From Auanema rhodensis (lineage: Eukaryota > Animalia > Nematoda), in assembly GCA_964057225.1 (NCBI GenBank), contig OZ059895.1, forward strand, positions 15,004,001-15,068,000: a stretch of 64,000 nucleotides of DNA, given 5' to 3'. A program made the position numbers and the translations under genes. Of this stretch, positions 61,135 through 64,000 are shown in pieces. The notes beneath the pieces were generated by a model. The model was not told where the DNA came from and searched no databases. It saw only the letters and a program-made list of their open reading frames with translations. Each line of letters opens with the position of its first letter. The stretch's first letter is position 1.

Positions 61135-62473
61135 TACTATTCTATATTTTTTTTTGTAATTTTTATATTAAAAATATAATTAGTAAATGATATAAATCAG
61201 TTATATTTATTCATTTTTCTTCTTAAAACAATAACATCAGAGAACATTAATAGATTTTCATATCATTCACAGTTGAAGCGCAGCTTATCTCACATACATT
61301 TCAATTATTGCCTCAGGGCTACAAATTAATTTGTATCTGCACCAATATACATGAAGTTGTAGTTTTAAGAAAAGCTGATTAAGTACAAGAAAAACTGCAT
61401 TTTCTATTTCATATATCTTTTGAATTTTAACCAATAAATATATATTTAGTAATAGTAATCCTAGTAGTAGTAGTTGATTCAAATTTCAATTTTGAGTTAT
61501 AGCATAGCATAGCATAGTATAGCAGAGCATATACTATATGATATTAGAATATTGTATCAATCAATGTTCACGTGAATAGTTCACGTGAACGTAATAGATT
61601 GAAGAAAACGTGAACAAATGACCGTGACAACTCATTTTACATCACATGTATTGCATAGAATGGTTGTGATGATATGCACATAGTATGTGCCATATTCTTC
61701 TCTCTCTCTCTCTTTCTCTCTCTCTCTATGCCCCTCTCTCTCCCTCTCTCTCTCTCTCTCTCTTGTGTCTTTCACTATCTATATGCGATATGATTATCCA
61801 TTGTCTTTTGCCTCTTTTTCATTTCCTTTTTTCATTGCATTTTTCGTTTAGAAAGTCTGAAACGTTCTCGAGCAGGCGGCGAACCCATCATCTTCTGTCA
61901 TTTGTCTTCAGGCAATAAAGCAAAATAATGCAGAAGCAATAGTGTATTGCTGAACGTTAACCTTCACATGTTCATGCAATTGCAATTGGTTTCAATCTGT
62001 TATTTCAGTCTTTACTTCTTATTTATTTGGTTATATACAATACATATATTACTATATTAGTATAGTTAGTATACTAACTATACAATATACAAATACATAT
62101 AGTAATAATATGAATGCTAAAGCTAGTTAACTATGCTATCTATAATAAAAATATTTTTTTTATTCTAGTTTAGTTTAGTTTATTCCTCTTTTTATGTATT
62201 TTACTTTAAGCATATCTTCTATCTGTTCTTTCACTTCTTTTTTTGCAAAAAAAAAAATTTTCTCAGACAGCTCAAACCTCTGCAAATTGATTTTTACTAT
62301 CAGGGATGGGCACACACACACACACGGTCATCAAGAACAAAAGCAGGGGTATTAGAGCTTTAGGAAGCCGTCAAATTAGTTCTTTTAACTGAAACAAATG
62401 GAAGTAAAATAAGAAGAAAAAAGATTCAAAACTTGATATAGCAAGATAGAGATAGAGAGAGAGAGGATGGATG

Positions 62474-62525
<52 letters not shown>

Positions 62526-63181
62526 ATATATGAAGATTATAAAGATAATGAGATATAAAGATGAAAACTAAAAAGATGGAAAGAGAAAGGAGAGTATCGA
62601 TGATGTACAAACGTCACTGATTTATCCTTTTTTTATGAAAATTTCTTACAACTTATCGCTTAATTGTCATTTTCAATTTCGCATATGAAAACCTGAAAAA
62701 GTTGGAAAAAAAAAGAAAAAAACGACGAAGAATAGCCGATGATGATGGTGAAACAGACGAAAAGAAGCACACACACACACACACAAGATGTGTATAGGCC
62801 ACCCAGACTCATTATTACAGCTTCTCCTTCATTTCATTTCATAAAAACTTTTTCTTTCTATGTGTATAAGCATCTTTTCTCTCGTTTTCTGACTTTCTTT
62901 CTCTCTCTCTCTTTCTCTCTTAAAACCTTTTTTTGCAATCAAAATCATTTTTTATTTTAAAATTACATATGAATATCGTGTTCCTTTTTATTCATATAAT
63001 CTGCAATGTTAGCTATATAATTATATAAATTAAACATTTCTTAATGTTTATCCAATGATACTTTTCTTCCTTTCTTCTTAAAGAAAATGTTTCTTCGACT
63101 TCATTCAGCTGATACTTACGTAGCTACGTACGTACATAACGAACATTCAGAATTCCTTGTCTTCTCTTGTCCCCCCTCTCC

Positions 63182-63212
<31 letters not shown>

Positions 63213-64000
63213 GCTTTATTTCCCTCTTTAGTACAAATCGGATGTCTATCAGTTTAAATATCGCCGAAATCACGAACAGCAAACGATGCTCTTGCTCTGT
63301 ATCGTAGTTCATCTATGTATGTAGTTGAGGTAGCCTCGGCGACGTCTCCATCAGGCAGTTTCAATTAAAAACGGAAAATTATTGAATCCGTGTCGTCATC
63401 GTCATCTGTGTTGTGTGTTAGACGTCGTTGATGTTAGAAGCAGAGTTGAGGTAGCCTCATCTACATCGGCTACTGGCCACGTCTCCATCATATATTTGTA
63501 GTCAATGTCATCATCTGTTCACTACATTTCAATGAATATGTACCATAATTAGCATATCTATACAGCGTAACTACCTTGTTTTGTAGTTTTCACGTACGTG
63601 TGTTCTTCGACGTGAAATGCACTGCAACCACGTAATGCTGAGTGAGTTCCACGTCACATGTCATCAAGTCTTTAAAGAATCTTGTTTCATCATGGAGAGT
63701 AACGCTGAACGGTTCTCTTCATTCAAACTTCAAAAAAGTTTTCTTGTGCCTCAAGGAGCTCTCAACGTGAATGGCAGAGTGCCAGAGAATGTGAATTCCT
63801 ACCCAAGGCAATGAGTGACCGAGGCTTATCATGCCTATCATTAAGCTTGTTGTAATGCTACTTATCGTCGTAAAAAAAACTGAACAATTCAATCTGAATT
63901 CTTGAGATTGAACGCACGATGACGTGCTGTATGATGCTCAGCCATCACCAGCCTGCTCCAATACTAACAATAGGCCCAGAGGCAATTTATTCATTCACGT

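Noticed and set aside
63323-63366. let-7/mir-48-like pre-miRNA hairpin
   Set aside because: The stem is only about 14 bp with several G-U pairs in a 44-nt hairpin, so a 22-nt mature sequence would run through the loop; identity to let-7 stops after 8 nt.

Overview
AT-rich eukaryotic genomic DNA, almost certainly from a nematode: short GT-AG introns ending in TTTCAG, trans-splice-type acceptors just before start codons, and nematode-type cuticlin/ZP and ODR-2/HOT genes. The species cannot be fixed from sequence alone. Most ORFs in the supplied track are microsatellite artefacts, so the genes were rebuilt by hand-splicing. Bases 1-7.4 kb are compact and almost repeat-free. They hold three same-strand (-) genes in an operon-like arrangement (NDUFAF7, an unknown 293-aa protein, VPS29) and a divergent (+) standalone ZP-C cuticlin-like gene. 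From about 8 kb onward the DNA is expanded and full of (AG)n/(CT)n tracts. It carries a Ly6/ODR-2/HOT-family GPI-anchored gene (-, 5' exon unresolved), a 139-aa orphan coiled-coil gene (-), and a multi-exon, probably catalytically dead PLC-like gene (pll-1/PRIP, -). The last ~23 kb has no confident CDS. The most interesting non-coding signals are recurrent CACGTG/ACGT clusters in AT-rich islands every few kb, a pervasive ATAGTTAA/TTAACTAT motif in the expanded domain, a tRNA-derived intronic element, and a duplicated element with two let-7-type seed sites.
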